This document shows positions 8,288 through 18,634 of a stretch of DNA of 64,000 nucleotides, piece by piece. Source of the stretch: Acidobacteriaceae bacterium (GTDB lineage: Bacteria > Acidobacteriota > Terriglobia > Terriglobales > Acidobacteriaceae). The notes under the pieces are model-generated. The model was not told the origin of the DNA. It saw only the letters and a list, made by a program, of their open reading frames with translations, and ran no database searches. Location of the stretch: the NCBI GenBank assembly GCA_003134855.1, contig PLCS01000002.1, positions 2,658 through 66,657 on the forward strand. The letters are read 5' to 3'. A program made the translations under genes and the position numbers. Within the stretch, counting starts at the first letter, position 1. The number at the start of each line of letters is the position of its first letter.

Positions 8288-9802
8288 ATGTGGAATAATC
8301 TGCCGGTGAACCTTCACGCCGCTTCCAGTCACGATCTCTTCCTTGTCGCCTGCGTCGCCGGGACGGTTCTGCTGCTTCTGATCCTGATCGCCAAGGTACG
8401 GCTGCATCCGGCGCTGGCTCTGACGGTGGCCGCGCTCACGCTCGGCGTCGCTTCAGGCATGCCGCTGGTCCAGGTTCCGCTCTCCTTCACCGCCGGCGTG
8501 GGCAATCTGATGGGGCACATCGCCATCATTCTGGGCCTGGGCGCGGTGCTGGGCCGCCTGCTGGCCTCCTCCGGCGGCGCAACCGCGCTGGGCCGGGCTT
8601 TGGTAGACAATTGTGGAGCCAGAGGCCTGCCCTGGGCGCTGCTCGGCCTGGGAATTCTGGTGGGAATGCCGGTCTTCTTCGAGGTCGGCCTGGTGCTGAT
8701 GCTGCCCATCGTGGCCGCCGCCGCCCAGCGCAGCGGCCGCCCGCCGATTCTGGTGGGAATGCCGTTGCTGGCGGGGCTTTCCATCGTGCATGGCGTGCTG
8801 CCGCCGCATCCGGCGGCGATGCTGGCGGTTACGCAGTACCACGCCGACCTGGGGCGCACCATGCTGTGGGGGTTGGCCGCCGGAGTGCCCGCCGCCGCGC
8901 TGGCCGGCCCGGGTCTGGGCTGGTTTCTGATGCGCCGCTGGGAGAGGCGGAAGGCGAAAGGCGCGCCGGCCTCCGGCGAAGAGGAGCCGCCGCTCTTTGC
9001 CCCGACGCCGACGGAAGATCGGCAGATGGACGATCGTGCGGAAGGTGCCGAAGACTCCCGGGTGCCCCAGGTCCCGATTCTGGGACCTGGGAATCCATCC
9101 TCCAGTTTTGAAGTTGTGCCCAAGCCTGCCAGCCCCATGCGCGCCGCCTCTGCCATCCTGCTGCCGGTGGCGCTGATCTTCCTGGGAAGTTGGGCTGACG
9201 CGCTGGCCGTGCCGGGAGGCGCTGCGAACCAGATTCTGCACTTCATCGGCAGCGCGGATGTTGCGCTCCTGATCGCCGTGCTGGTGGCGCTGGTCACGCT
9301 CGGGAGACACGTTCAGACCGGCCAGCATCATGGCCGCGAACTGTTGCGCAAATTGACCGGAGAAGCCTTTGAACCTATCGCCGGCGTGCTGGTGATTCTG
9401 GCCGCCGCCGGTGGCCTGAGCGGCATTCTGCGCGACTCCGGCGCGGCACAAGCCACGGTAGGTTTGGCTCTGGGCGCGCATATGCCGCCGCTGGTGCTGG
9501 CCTGGATGCTGGCCGCTGTGGTCCGCGTCTCGGTTGGCTCGGCGACGGTGGCGACGGCCGTTGCCTCGGGAATCCTGGCCCCGGTCGCCCTCCACTTCGG
9601 CGTGCGCCCCGAGCTGCTGGTGCTGGCCACCGGCACCGGCTCGCTGATCCTCTCCCACGTGAACGACCCCGGCTTCTGGCTGATCCAGTCCTTCTTCAAG
9701 CTGGAGCTGAAGGAGACGCTCTCCACCTGGACGGTGCTGGAGACGGTGCTCTCGGTGGCCGGGCTGGGCATGACGCTGCTGCTGGCGATGGCGCTGCGGT
9801 AA
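8288..9802 (+). CDS. GntP-family (gluconate/acid sugar) permease
   Basis: LHPALAL, IILGLGAVLGRLL..SGGA, PVFFEVG, HGVLPPHP, GSATVA, SHVNDPGFWL. Start moved to ATG 8288 (AGGT upstream). Confidence 0.9.
   Translation: MWNNLPVNLHAASSHDLFLVACVAGTVLLLLILIAKVRLHPALALTVAALTLGVASGMPLVQVPLSFTAGVGNLMGHIAIILGLGAVLGRLLASSGGATALGRALVDNCGARGLPWALLGLGILVGMPVFFEVGLVLMLPIVAAAAQRSGRPPILVGMPLLAGLSIVHGVLPPHPAAMLAVTQYHADLGRTMLWGLAAGVPAAALAGPGLGWFLMRRWERRKAKGAPASGEEEPPLFAPTPTEDRQMDDRAEGAEDSRVPQVPILGPGNPSSSFEVVPKPASPMRAASAILLPVALIFLGSWADALAVPGGAANQILHFIGSADVALLIAVLVALVTLGRHVQTGQHHGRELLRKLTGEAFEPIAGVLVILAAAGGLSGILRDSGAAQATVGLALGAHMPPLVLAWMLAAVVRVSVGSATVATAVASGILAPVALHFGVRPELLVLATGTGSLILSHVNDPGFWLIQSFFKLELKETLSTWTVLETVLSVAGLGMTLLLAMALR
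9061..9091 (+). repeat. REP-like hairpin inside the GntP CDS
   Basis: GGTGC-CCCAGGTCCC-GATTCT-GGGACCTGGG, perfect 10-bp stem with the same GTGC-CCC...GGG layout as the intergenic copies. Confidence 0.75.
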
Positions 9803-9884
9803 ATGGTCATGCCTGAGTTCCAGGTCTTGGGGGCACGCTCTCAGGCTAAGATATTGTTGACCTGGACTGAAGGGAGCATGGCGG

Positions 9885-10379
9885 ATGGATGAGCAAAGAA
9901 AGATGGTGATACATTTCCTGGCGGCACTGGCCTACCGGACACAGAAGGCGCTGCGCGATGCGCCGCCGGAGTTTGCGGAATTTCGCATTGCGCCGTTGGT
10001 GCGCACGCCGCATGAGTTGATTCGCCACATGGATGGCGTGCTGGGGTCGGCGCGCAGCTATTTCACTGGGGAACCTTACAGCGTGCCGTACTTTACTGAA
10101 TTCGCCGATGCAGTGGCGCACTTTCACGAGACGCTGGCGGATTTGGCGCGTCATCTGGAGATCGGCACAGAGTTGCGAGAGATCACTCTGGAAAGAGTCT
10201 TGCAGGGTCCATGCTGCGATGCGCTGAGCCACGCCGGGCAGATCGCGATGCTGCGGCGGCTGGCGGGTTCACCTGTTCCGCCGGAGAACTTCATCTTCGC
10301 CGCAGTTAGTTCAGACAATCTTGGCCCGGAGCAGCCGCTTCCGGTTAGGCCCGATAAGGACTGGCCGGAAAGGGCGTGA
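9885..10379 (+). CDS. DinB/YfiT-like four-helix protein
   Basis: RTPHELIRHM...DALSHAGQIAMLRRLAGSP.PPENF; SD AGGGAG. Confidence 0.7.
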   Translation: MDEQRKMVIHFLAALAYRTQKALRDAPPEFAEFRIAPLVRTPHELIRHMDGVLGSARSYFTGEPYSVPYFTEFADAVAHFHETLADLARHLEIGTELREITLERVLQGPCCDALSHAGQIAMLRRLAGSPVPPENFIFAAVSSDNLGPEQPLPVRPDKDWPERA

Positions 10380-10404
10380 AGGCTGGTCCTTTGCCCCCAG
10401 TTTC

Positions 10405-12039
10405 TTACTTCGGCAACTGGGTTGCATCCCATCCGCCGCCGAGGGCGCGGACTAATCCTACGCTGGAGACGAACTGGCGGGTTTGGAGATCGACCGCGGC
10501 GCGCTGGTTCTGGAGCAGAGCGGCTTCCGCGGTGAGGACTTCAAGGTAACTTGTGACGCCGCCCTGGTAGCGCTGGCTGGAGAGATCGCGGGAGTGCTGG
10601 GCCGAGGCGACGGCCTTCTGCTCAACGGCTGACTCCGCCTCAAGAATTCTCAGGCCGGAGAGCTGGTCTTCGACGTCGTTGAAGGCGGCGAGAACCACGC
10701 TGCGGTAGCCCGCGGCCTGGGCTTCGTAGCTGTGGCGGGCCTGGTTGGTGAGGGCGTGACGCCGGCCGGCGTCGAAGAGCAGCTCCGTGGCTTGCGCTCC
10801 CAGGCTCCATAGCGCGCTCGGGCCTTGAATCCAGGTACCGACGCTCATGCTCTCAAAGCCGCCTGTGCCATTCAGAGTGATGGTGGGATAGAAGGCGCTC
10901 GTGGCAATGCCGATCTGGACGTTGGCGGCGGCGGCGCGGCGCTCGGCGGCGGCGATGTCGGGACGGCGTTCGAGCAGTTGCGAAGGCACGCCAACAGGAA
11001 CCTTGGGCAGAGGCAGGTCGAGCGGCGAAAACGGAATACTGAAGGCGGAAAGATTGAGGTTGGCGATGGTCCCGATGGCGTGCTCGTACTGGGCGCGGGC
11101 CACGCCAAGATCGACCAGTTGCGCGCGCACGGTTTCCAGTTGCGTGCGGGCCTGGGCAACGTCCACTTCGGTGCCGATGCCGCCGGCAAGACGGCGCTGG
11201 GTGAGGTCGAGCTGATCCTGGAGGTCGGCGATGGTGACGGCGAGCAGCCTGGTCTGGGCGTCGAGGCCGCGCAGTTGCAGGTAGTCGGCGGCCAGCTCGG
11301 CATGAAGGCTGAGGTCAATGTTCTCGTTGTCGGCGGCGCTGGCCTGAGCACTGGAACGGGCGGCTTCGACGGTGCGGCGGATGCGGCCCCAGAAGTCCGG
11401 CTCCCAACTGGCCTGACCGGAGAGCGAAAAGTCGTTGTACGTCGTAGGCTTGCCGGGCGCGTAGGAGGGTCCGTTTTGCGAGACGTTGTTGCGCGAGAGA
11501 GAAGGCCCCGCCGATAGCGTGGGATAGAGCGCGGCGCGGGCTACCGTGATCTGATCGCGGGCGGCGAGGTAGGTTTCCAGCGCCTGGCGCAGGGTCTGGT
11601 TGTTGGCTTCGATGCGCTCTTCGAGCTGGTTGAGCTGCGGATCCTGGTAGATCTCCCACCATTTGCCGCGGAGCAGGCCGTCGGAGGGCGAGGCGGGCTG
11701 CCAAGCGCCTCCGGCTGGGGCGGGCGGCGGCGTGACCGTGGATGCGCCGGTCTCTTTGTAGGCCGGCGGGGCGTCGTAGGCGGGGCGGTTGTAGTTGGGG
11801 CCTACGGGCTTGCAGGCGGTGAGGATAGTGAGGGCGAAGAGGCCGACGAAAAGAGGGCGGGTCGAGGTTCGTGGTTTCCCACCCTTTCGCCAGAAGAAAG
11901 GCGAAAGGATGGGGCACGGGGCTTTTGTTTGGCGGTTTCGCAAAAAACAAAAGCAGGTCCTTCGACTTCGCTGCGCTCCGCTCAGGATGACAGTGTATGG
12001 TGACGCAATCCTTTGGGGCCGGATCGAAGGCATGATCAT
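10405..12039 (-). CDS. NodT/TolC-family outer-membrane efflux lipoprotein with a repeat-derived N-terminal extension
   Basis: Lipobox LTAC, WWEIYQDPQLNQL, SWEPDFWGRIRR, PSQLLERRPDIAAAER, LVRALGGGW. ATGA overlap with the MFP gene. Confidence 0.92.
   Translation of the reverse strand: MIMPSIRPQRIASPYTVILSGAQRSRRTCFCFLRNRQTKAPCPILSPFFWRKGGKPRTSTRPLFVGLFALTILTACKPVGPNYNRPAYDAPPAYKETGASTVTPPPAPAGGAWQPASPSDGLLRGKWWEIYQDPQLNQLEERIEANNQTLRQALETYLAARDQITVARAALYPTLSAGPSLSRNNVSQNGPSYAPGKPTTYNDFSLSGQASWEPDFWGRIRRTVEAARSSAQASAADNENIDLSLHAELAADYLQLRGLDAQTRLLAVTIADLQDQLDLTQRRLAGGIGTEVDVAQARTQLETVRAQLVDLGVARAQYEHAIGTIANLNLSAFSIPFSPLDLPLPKVPVGVPSQLLERRPDIAAAERRAAAANVQIGIATSAFYPTITLNGTGGFESMSVGTWIQGPSALWSLGAQATELLFDAGRRHALTNQARHSYEAQAAGYRSVVLAAFNDVEDQLSGLRILEAESAVEQKAVASAQHSRDLSSQRYQGGVTSYLEVLTAEAALLQNQRAAVDLQTRQFVSSVGLVRALGGGWDATQLPK
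11878..11917 (-). repeat. REP-like hairpin inside the OMF CDS
   Basis: Minus strand GTGC-CCCATCCTTTCGCC-TTTCTTCT-GGCGAAAGGGTGGG. Confidence 0.8.
11953..11992 (-). repeat. Second palindromic repeat type inside the OMF CDS
   Basis: Minus strand TGTCATCCTGAGCGGAGCGCAGCGAAGTCGAAGGACCTGC; recognised as a widespread intergenic palindromic repeat. A degenerate relative lies at 1655-1678. Confidence 0.7.
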
Positions 12040-13247
12040 TTGCCTCCCGCGTTGGTTTGGCCGGCAGGGCTCACCACCCGAATCGTTTCGCCTTCGATGA
12101 GGGAGTCGGGCGGGTCCTGGATCACCTGGTCGGCGGGGCCGAGGCCGGTGACGATCTGCACGTTGGCTCCGTCATCCTCGCCGATGACCACGGGAATCAG
12201 GTGGGCGACGCTGCCGTTGACCACGCCCACGCGCAGCCCCTCCTTGCGGAAGATGAGCGCGGCGGCGGGCACGATGAAGGTGGGGCCGGCGGGCGGCGTT
12301 TTGAAGTGGACCTGGGTGAGCGAGCCGGGCAGCAGTTCACCGGCGCTGTTGTTGACGTCGATCTCCACGAGGAGGGTGCGGCTGGCCGGGTCGATGGCGT
12401 CGGCGGTGCGGACCAGCGTGCCCTGGTAGATTTTTCCGGGGTGCTCGGCGAAGGTGAGGTCGATGGTTGAGCCGCGCTTGACGTTCGCGGAAAAGGCCTG
12501 CGGCAGATTGGCGTAAACGCGCAGGGTCTGGATGGCCTGGAGGCGAAAGAGTTCCTTGCCCGCGCCGGGGTCGATGAGCTGGCCAGTATCGACGTTGCGG
12601 GCGGTAACGACACCGTCGAAGGGGGCGTAGACCTTCTCGAAGGATTGCAGTTCGCGGAGGCGCTCGACGTTGGCCTGCGCGGATTTGACGGCTGCCGCGG
12701 TGGCCGCGGCCTGGTTGACGAAGGTGTCGGTGTCCTGGCGGGAGACGGCGTTGGAGGCGACGAGGCCGGTATAGCGCTCGGCCTGGATGCGGGCGTTGTT
12801 GGCGTTGGCCTGAGCGGTATTCAGGTCGGCCTGGGCCTGGGCTAGTTGCTGATCCACTTCGGGGGTGGCGATCTCGGCCAGCAGATCGCCCTTCTTCACA
12901 CGCGCGCCGATGTCCGAGGTCCAGCGGGTGAGGTAGCCGGAGGTTCGGGCGTAGATGGGCGAATCGGTGTAGGCGGTCACGTTGCCGGGCAGCACAAAGC
13001 TCGACAACGGTGCGCCGGCTTTGGGGGTGGCAACGATGACCGTGGGAGCAGCCAGCTCGCTGGTGGTATTGGCCAGCACTTTATCGGCATGATGGCGGCG
13101 CAGAATGCCGTAACCGGCCAGAGCGCCCGCAACGAGGACGACGATAGCCACGGCCACGAGAGCCTTGCGTGGCGAGATGGCCGCTTGCTCGGGCGCGGAT
13201 TCGTGGTCGAAATTCGGCTGCTGGTTCGGATTGTGTTCGTTGCTCAT
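12036..13247 (-). CDS. RND periplasmic adaptor (membrane fusion protein)
   Basis: N-terminal TM, IYARTSGYL...DIGARVKKGDLLAEI, APFDGVVTARNVD.G, SRTLLVEI. Confidence 0.93.
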   Translation of the reverse strand: MSNEHNPNQQPNFDHESAPEQAAISPRKALVAVAIVVLVAGALAGYGILRRHHADKVLANTTSELAAPTVIVATPKAGAPLSSFVLPGNVTAYTDSPIYARTSGYLTRWTSDIGARVKKGDLLAEIATPEVDQQLAQAQADLNTAQANANNARIQAERYTGLVASNAVSRQDTDTFVNQAAATAAAVKSAQANVERLRELQSFEKVYAPFDGVVTARNVDTGQLIDPGAGKELFRLQAIQTLRVYANLPQAFSANVKRGSTIDLTFAEHPGKIYQGTLVRTADAIDPASRTLLVEIDVNNSAGELLPGSLTQVHFKTPPAGPTFIVPAAALIFRKEGLRVGVVNGSVAHLIPVVIGEDDGANVQIVTGLGPADQVIQDPPDSLIEGETIRVVSPAGQTNAGGK

Positions 13248-13253
13248 GAAAAA

Positions 13254-16200
13254 CTACTCCGATACTTCGTCAAACTCGTCCGTTGTTCCGGCCATCTGAA
13301 TGCCGGTAGCTGTTTGCCGGCGGCCTTCCAGCCAGCCGTGAACCAAAGAGAAAAATGCGGGCACAAAGAAGAGCGTAGCGACGGTGGCCACCAGCAGCCC
13401 GCCAATCACGGCGCGGCCCAGCGGGGCGTTCTGCTCGCCGCCGTCGCCCAGGCCCAGTGCCATCGGCGCCATGCCGAGAATCATCGCCAGCGCGGTCATC
13501 AACACCGGGCGCAGGCGGACAAAGCCGGCGCTGAGCGCGGCGCGGCGGGCGTCGCCCACCAGAATTTCTAACTGCTCGCGGGCAAAGCTGACGACAAGAA
13601 TCGAGTTCGCCGTGGCCACGCCCATACACATGATGGCGCCGGTGAGCGCCGGCACGCTGAGGCGCGTATTGGTGAGAAAGAGGAACCAGACGATGCCGGC
13701 CAAAGCCGCCGGCAGCGCCGCGATGATGATGAAGGGATCAAGCCAGGACTGGAAATTGACAACGATGAGCAGGTAAACCAGCAGGATGGAAAACGCCAGG
13801 CCGCCGAGCAGGCCGATGTAGGACTTCTTCATCGTCTCGCTCTGGCCGCGCAGGTCAAAGTGCGAGCCGCGGGGCAGATCGCCGTTCTTCTCGTGGAGGG
13901 CGATTTTTTCTTCGACGGCGCGGGTAACGGTTCCCAGGTCGGTTCCATCGACGTTGGCAAAGATGTCGAGGACCGGCTGAATATCATAGTGGCTCACCGT
14001 GCCCATCTCGGAGCCTGGCGTGATGGAGGCCAGGCTGCCCAGCACTTGAACCGGGGGCTGCGCGCCGGGCGCTCCGGCAGCAGCCGAGGAGCCGCTGGCC
14101 AGCCGGGCGGCAGAGTTGCCGGGGACGGGCAGGCTCTGTAGCGCGGCCAGCGAGTTGACGCCATACTGCGGTGCCTGGATCGCCACGTTGTAGGTGACGC
14201 CGTTCTTGGGATCGAGGAAGAAGCTGGGGCTGGTCTGGAAGCTGCCGCTCAGGGCCAGCAGCAGACTGGTCGCCACGTCCTTCTGCGTCAGGCCGATGGA
14301 CTGGGCGCGGGTGCGGTCCACGTCCACCGTCAACTTGGGAAGGTCGAAGGGCTGCTGAATACGCACGTCGGCTGCGCCCGGAATGTGGCGGACCTCGTCG
14401 GCCATGCGTTCGGCCAGGGCGCGGTTGCCGTTGAGATTCGGGCCGACAATCTGGAGGTCGATGGGCGCGGAGAGGCCGAAGTTGAGAATCTGGGTCACGA
14501 TGTCCACTGGCAGCACGTAAAAAGTGACGCCGGGATACTGGCGGGCGAGCACGCCGCGCAAATGCTCAACGTACGCCGCCGTCGGATGGTGCTCCCTGGT
14601 CAACTGCACCTGGATGTCGGCGTCGGCCGGGCCGATGGGCGCGGAGGTCGAGTAAGAGAGGTTGAGTCCGGAATTGGGCAGGCCGATGTTATCGACGATG
14701 GAGACGACCTCGCTTGCGGGAACATTTTGCCGGATGGTCGAGTCGATGTGGTCGCAGAGAGCAGCCGTCTCCTCGATGCGCGTGCCGGTGCGGGCGCGGA
14801 CGTGAATCTTGAACTGACCGGAGTCCACCGAGGGGAAGAAGTCCTGGCCCAGAAATGGCGCAAGTCCCAACGAGCCGACAGCGAAGAGCAGGAAGAGAAT
14901 CAGAAAGACCGCCGCGTTGTCCACGCACAAAGTGAGCAGGCGCAGATAGCCGTGGCGGAAATTCTCAAAGCCGGCCTCAAAACCCTGTTGAAAGCGGATG
15001 AAAGGGTTGCGGCTGTTGCGCTTCCTTTCGGTCTCCGCATCGTCGTGCTCCTTGAGCAGGTACTTGGCCATGGTGGGCACCAGCGTGCGGGAGAGAAAGT
15101 AGCTGGCCAGCATGGCGAAGACCACCGCCTCGGCCATGGGCACGAAGAGGTACCTGGCCACGCCGCTCAAAAAGAACATGGGCACGAAGACGATGCAGAT
15201 GGCGAGAGTGGAGACCAGGGCCGGGACGGCGATCTGCGCCGAGCCGTCGAGGATGGATTGCTCCAGCTCCTTGCTGCCTTCCAGATTGCGGTTGATGTTT
15301 TCGATGGCGACGGTGGCGTCATCGACGAGGATGCCGACGGCTAGCGCAAAGCCGCCCAGGGTCATGATATTGATGGTCTCGTGCAGCATCGCGAGGATGC
15401 TGAGCGAGCAGAGAATGGAGAGCGGAATGGAGACCGCGATGATGACCGTGGAGCGCCAACTGCCCAGGAAGACCAGGATCATGATGGCGGTGAGGCAGGC
15501 GGCGATGACGGCCTCGCTGACCACGCCGTCGATGGCTCCACGCACGAAGATCGACTGGTCGGAGAGAGTATTGATCTGTAACTGCGGCGGCAACTGGCCT
15601 TTGATGAACTCCAGCTTGGCGCGAACGCCGCTGATGATGTCCAGCGTAGAGGCCGAACCGATCTTCATCACGCTCATCAGAATGGCGCGGCTGCCGTCCA
15701 CGCGCACAATGTTGGTCTGGGGAGGATTGCCATCGCGCACGTGGGCCACGTCGCGGATATAGAGGACCGCGCCGTTGACCGCCTTGATGGGCAGGTTGTT
15801 CAGCTCATCGATGATTTGCGGGGATGAGTTGGTTTCGATCGCGTACTCGAAGCGGTCGATCTTCATGGTGCCGGAGGGCGCGATAATATTCTGCGCGGAG
15901 ATGGCGTTGACTACATCGACCGGTGAAAGCCCCTTGGCCTGCAAGGCCGGCAGGTCCAGGTCCACCTGCACCTGGCGCTGCTTGCCGCCATAGGGAAAGG
16001 GCGTGAATGCGCCCTCGATGGTGGCCAACTGGACGCGGATATTGTTTGTGGCCTGATCGAACAACTGCTGTTCATCGAGGCCCTGGCCGGAGAGTCCCAA
16101 TTGCAGGATAGGTACGCTGGAGGCGTTGTACTGGATAATGAAGGGCGGCGTGGTGCCCGGCGGCAGGGCGCGCAGCATCACCTGGTTGACGGCAGTCACC

Positions 16201-16523
16201 TGGGCCACGGCGTTGCCGATATCCACGTGCGGCTGAAAGAAGATCTTGATGAGGCCGGTGCTGTTGAGCGATTGCGACTCGATATGCTCGATGTCGTTGA
16301 CCGTGGAGGTCATCACGCGCTCGCTGGGAGTCACGATGCGGCTGGCCATCTCCTGCGCCGAGAGGCCAGTGTAGCCCCAGATCACCGTCACCACGGGAAT
16401 GTCGATGTTGGGAAAGATGTCCGTAGGCATCGTCTCGATGCTGAAGACGCCGAGAATCAGAACCAAGAGCGCAAAGACGACGAATGTATAAGGCCGCCGC
16501 AGCGCAAGCCGGACAATCCACAT
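13254..16523 (-). CDS. RND efflux permease (AcrB/AcrD/AcrF superfamily)
   Basis: 1089 aa; GILVDDATVAIENI (TM4 DD), ANSILVVSFA, RLRPVLMTALAMILGM.PMAL. Confidence 0.95.
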   Translation of the reverse strand: MWIVRLALRRPYTFVVFALLVLILGVFSIETMPTDIFPNIDIPVVTVIWGYTGLSAQEMASRIVTPSERVMTSTVNDIEHIESQSLNSTGLIKIFFQPHVDIGNAVAQVTAVNQVMLRALPPGTTPPFIIQYNASSVPILQLGLSGQGLDEQQLFDQATNNIRVQLATIEGAFTPFPYGGKQRQVQVDLDLPALQAKGLSPVDVVNAISAQNIIAPSGTMKIDRFEYAIETNSSPQIIDELNNLPIKAVNGAVLYIRDVAHVRDGNPPQTNIVRVDGSRAILMSVMKIGSASTLDIISGVRAKLEFIKGQLPPQLQINTLSDQSIFVRGAIDGVVSEAVIAACLTAIMILVFLGSWRSTVIIAVSIPLSILCSLSILAMLHETINIMTLGGFALAVGILVDDATVAIENINRNLEGSKELEQSILDGSAQIAVPALVSTLAICIVFVPMFFLSGVARYLFVPMAEAVVFAMLASYFLSRTLVPTMAKYLLKEHDDAETERKRNSRNPFIRFQQGFEAGFENFRHGYLRLLTLCVDNAAVFLILFLLFAVGSLGLAPFLGQDFFPSVDSGQFKIHVRARTGTRIEETAALCDHIDSTIRQNVPASEVVSIVDNIGLPNSGLNLSYSTSAPIGPADADIQVQLTREHHPTAAYVEHLRGVLARQYPGVTFYVLPVDIVTQILNFGLSAPIDLQIVGPNLNGNRALAERMADEVRHIPGAADVRIQQPFDLPKLTVDVDRTRAQSIGLTQKDVATSLLLALSGSFQTSPSFFLDPKNGVTYNVAIQAPQYGVNSLAALQSLPVPGNSAARLASGSSAAAGAPGAQPPVQVLGSLASITPGSEMGTVSHYDIQPVLDIFANVDGTDLGTVTRAVEEKIALHEKNGDLPRGSHFDLRGQSETMKKSYIGLLGGLAFSILLVYLLIVVNFQSWLDPFIIIAALPAALAGIVWFLFLTNTRLSVPALTGAIMCMGVATANSILVVSFAREQLEILVGDARRAALSAGFVRLRPVLMTALAMILGMAPMALGLGDGGEQNAPLGRAVIGGLLVATVATLFFVPAFFSLVHGWLEGRRQTATGIQMAGTTDEFDEVSE

Positions 16524-16577
16524 AAGGCAGGTTCTCGCTCCTGGGCCGGGCTGCTCGCGACCGGAACGGCTCGACTA

Positions 16578-16688
16578 CAGTAATTTCAGGGTTGCTGTAA
16601 TTGAGCCGATGACCTCAAGTGGATTTTTCCTCAAGAAAAAGCCACCTTCGAGAATCTTCGCTACGCTACATTAACCCTGAAATTACTC
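16578..16688. mobile_element. Candidate 111-bp MITE with 15-bp terminal inverted repeats and TA flanks
   Basis: AGTAATTTCAGGGTT (16579-93) and AACCCTGAAATTACT (16673-87) are perfect reverse complements; TA at 16576-77 and 16689-90. Confidence 0.5.
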
Positions 16689-17245
16689 TAGCGCCCTTGT
16701 CCGGGTGACCGGCTCATCGAGTTTCTGGAGCGGACGGCGCTCAACGCCTAGCTCCGTTCCAACATTCTATTCAAAATACAATCTTAGTCGAAGTCGCTTG
16801 CGAAAGAGGCGCGTGCAGGAAAAGGGGGTTCCGCGCGCTGCTTTTATGACGGATGAGCGGGAGTAAAGGATGCGGATCGCTTGGGTTGGCCATCATCGTC
16901 TGGCGCGTGATGGCCTGGAGAGGCAAGTAAGGTCAAACAGGCCACGGGTAAACTCAAGGTTCATTATACCGTCAAACTAGATTAAGCTATCGCGCGGGCC
17001 GCAAGCGCCCAGGGGGAGCCCGATTCCCGTACAATGGATTCGTCTTCCATTCATAGGCGGAGTGTATGCGCGCCGGGAAGGACGCGCGCTCCCGCAAGAC
17101 AGGCTGGCTTATCGGACGAAACCTTTCCGGAAACTCAAGCGTCCGTAGAAACGAATGCGGGTAGTTTGTGCTCTGCCCGAAAGGATCACATTGGCGCCCT
17201 TTTTTGCGGGCATTCACTCAAGAGAAAACGACGGGAATTGACACC

Positions 17246-18634
17246 ATGTCCATAGAAGGCGCTCCGGAGTCCTACCTGGCCGCAGACAGCATTGAGCCAC
17301 AACCCCCCGCTCACAAGAATTCCCGGGTGCGCTTTATCGTGTACCTGGTGCTGGTCACCGCTTTGGGGCTGATTATTTGGCAAATTTACAAGAACCAGAA
17401 GCAAAACGCGGCCAACAGCGCCAGCCAGGCGGCGGCGCTGATGGGCCGGCCGGTTCCGGTGCAAGTGGCAGCGGCCGCCGAGATGCCGATGCCGATCTTC
17501 CTGACCGCGCTGGGCACAGTGACGCCTTACATGAGCGTTACAGTCAAGGCGCGAGTCAGTGGCGAGCTGGAGCCGGTGAAGTTCACCGAGGGCCAGCAGG
17601 TGAGGCAGGGCGAGACGATCCTGGTGATCGACCCCCGGCCTTACAAGGCCGCGCTGGACCAGGCCAAGGGCACCCTGCTGCACGATCAGGCGCTGCTGAA
17701 GAACGCCCAGGCGGAGTTCGCCCGCTACAAGGCGCTCTTTGACGCAGGCGTGGTCTCCAAGGAGGCCATGGAAGCCGATGAGGCTGCGCAGGGCCAGTAC
17801 CAGGGCGCCATCGCCTCGGATAAGGCGGCCATCGAGGCGGCTCAGCTGCAACTCGACTGGTGCACCATCCATTCGCCCATTAGCGGCAAGATCGGCCTGC
17901 GCCTAGTGGACCCCGGCAATATCATTACCGCCAACACCACCAACCTGGTCGTCATCAACCAATATCAGCCTATCGCCGTTTACTTTACCCTGCCTGAGGA
18001 TGAGCTTCCCCAGGTGCTGGGCAAGCTGGGGGCGGAAAAGCGCCTGTCCGTGGAGGCCTACGATCAAGGCGATACGCAGAAGCTGGCCACGGGCACTCTG
18101 CTGACAGCCGATAACCAGATCGATACGACTACTGGAACCGCTAAGCTGAAGGCGGTCTTCGACAACCAGGACCAGGCGCTCTTTCCCAACCAGTTTGTCA
18201 ACATTCATCTGGTGATGGAAGAGCGGCCCAACGCGCTGGTGGTGCCGTCGGCGGCCATCCAGTCCGGCAACCAGGGCTCGTTTGTGTGGGTGGTCGATAC
18301 GGACGCTGCCAAGAAGAGTTCGACGGCCCGAATGCAGCCCGTGAAGGTGGCTTTGGCCGAAGGACAGGTGACCATCCTGGACAGCGGCTTGCAACCGGGC
18401 CAGCAGGTGGTGGTGGACGGCGCGGACCGTCTGCGCCCCGGACAGATCGTACTCGCCAGTGCAGCCCGCCAGCGGGGCGGACAGCCGGCCGGACAGGCGG
18501 CGGCAGGCCAGGGCGCGGGTCAGAGTGGAGGCGGTCCATTCGCAGCTCCCAGAGCGGCCTCCGGACAGGGCCGGCCCGGCGCGCCGGCGGGCGACAAAGA
18601 TAACGGCAATCACCAGAAGAAGGAGCAGCAGTGA
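17246..18634 (+). CDS. mdtA: MdtA-like RND membrane fusion protein
   Basis: [62 protein letters not shown]. Start set to ATG 17246. Confidence 0.9.
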   Translation: MSIEGAPESYLAADSIEPQPPAHKNSRVRFIVYLVLVTALGLIIWQIYKNQKQNAANSASQAAALMGRPVPVQVAAAAEMPMPIFLTALGTVTPYMSVTVKARVSGELEPVKFTEGQQVRQGETILVIDPRPYKAALDQAKGTLLHDQALLKNAQAEFARYKALFDAGVVSKEAMEADEAAQGQYQGAIASDKAAIEAAQLQLDWCTIHSPISGKIGLRLVDPGNIITANTTNLVVINQYQPIAVYFTLPEDELPQVLGKLGAEKRLSVEAYDQGDTQKLATGTLLTADNQIDTTTGTAKLKAVFDNQDQALFPNQFVNIHLVMEERPNALVVPSAAIQSGNQGSFVWVVDTDAAKKSSTARMQPVKVALAEGQVTILDSGLQPGQQVVVDGADRLRPGQIVLASAARQRGGQPAGQAAAGQGAGQSGGGPFAAPRAASGQGRPGAPAGDKDNGNHQKKEQQ

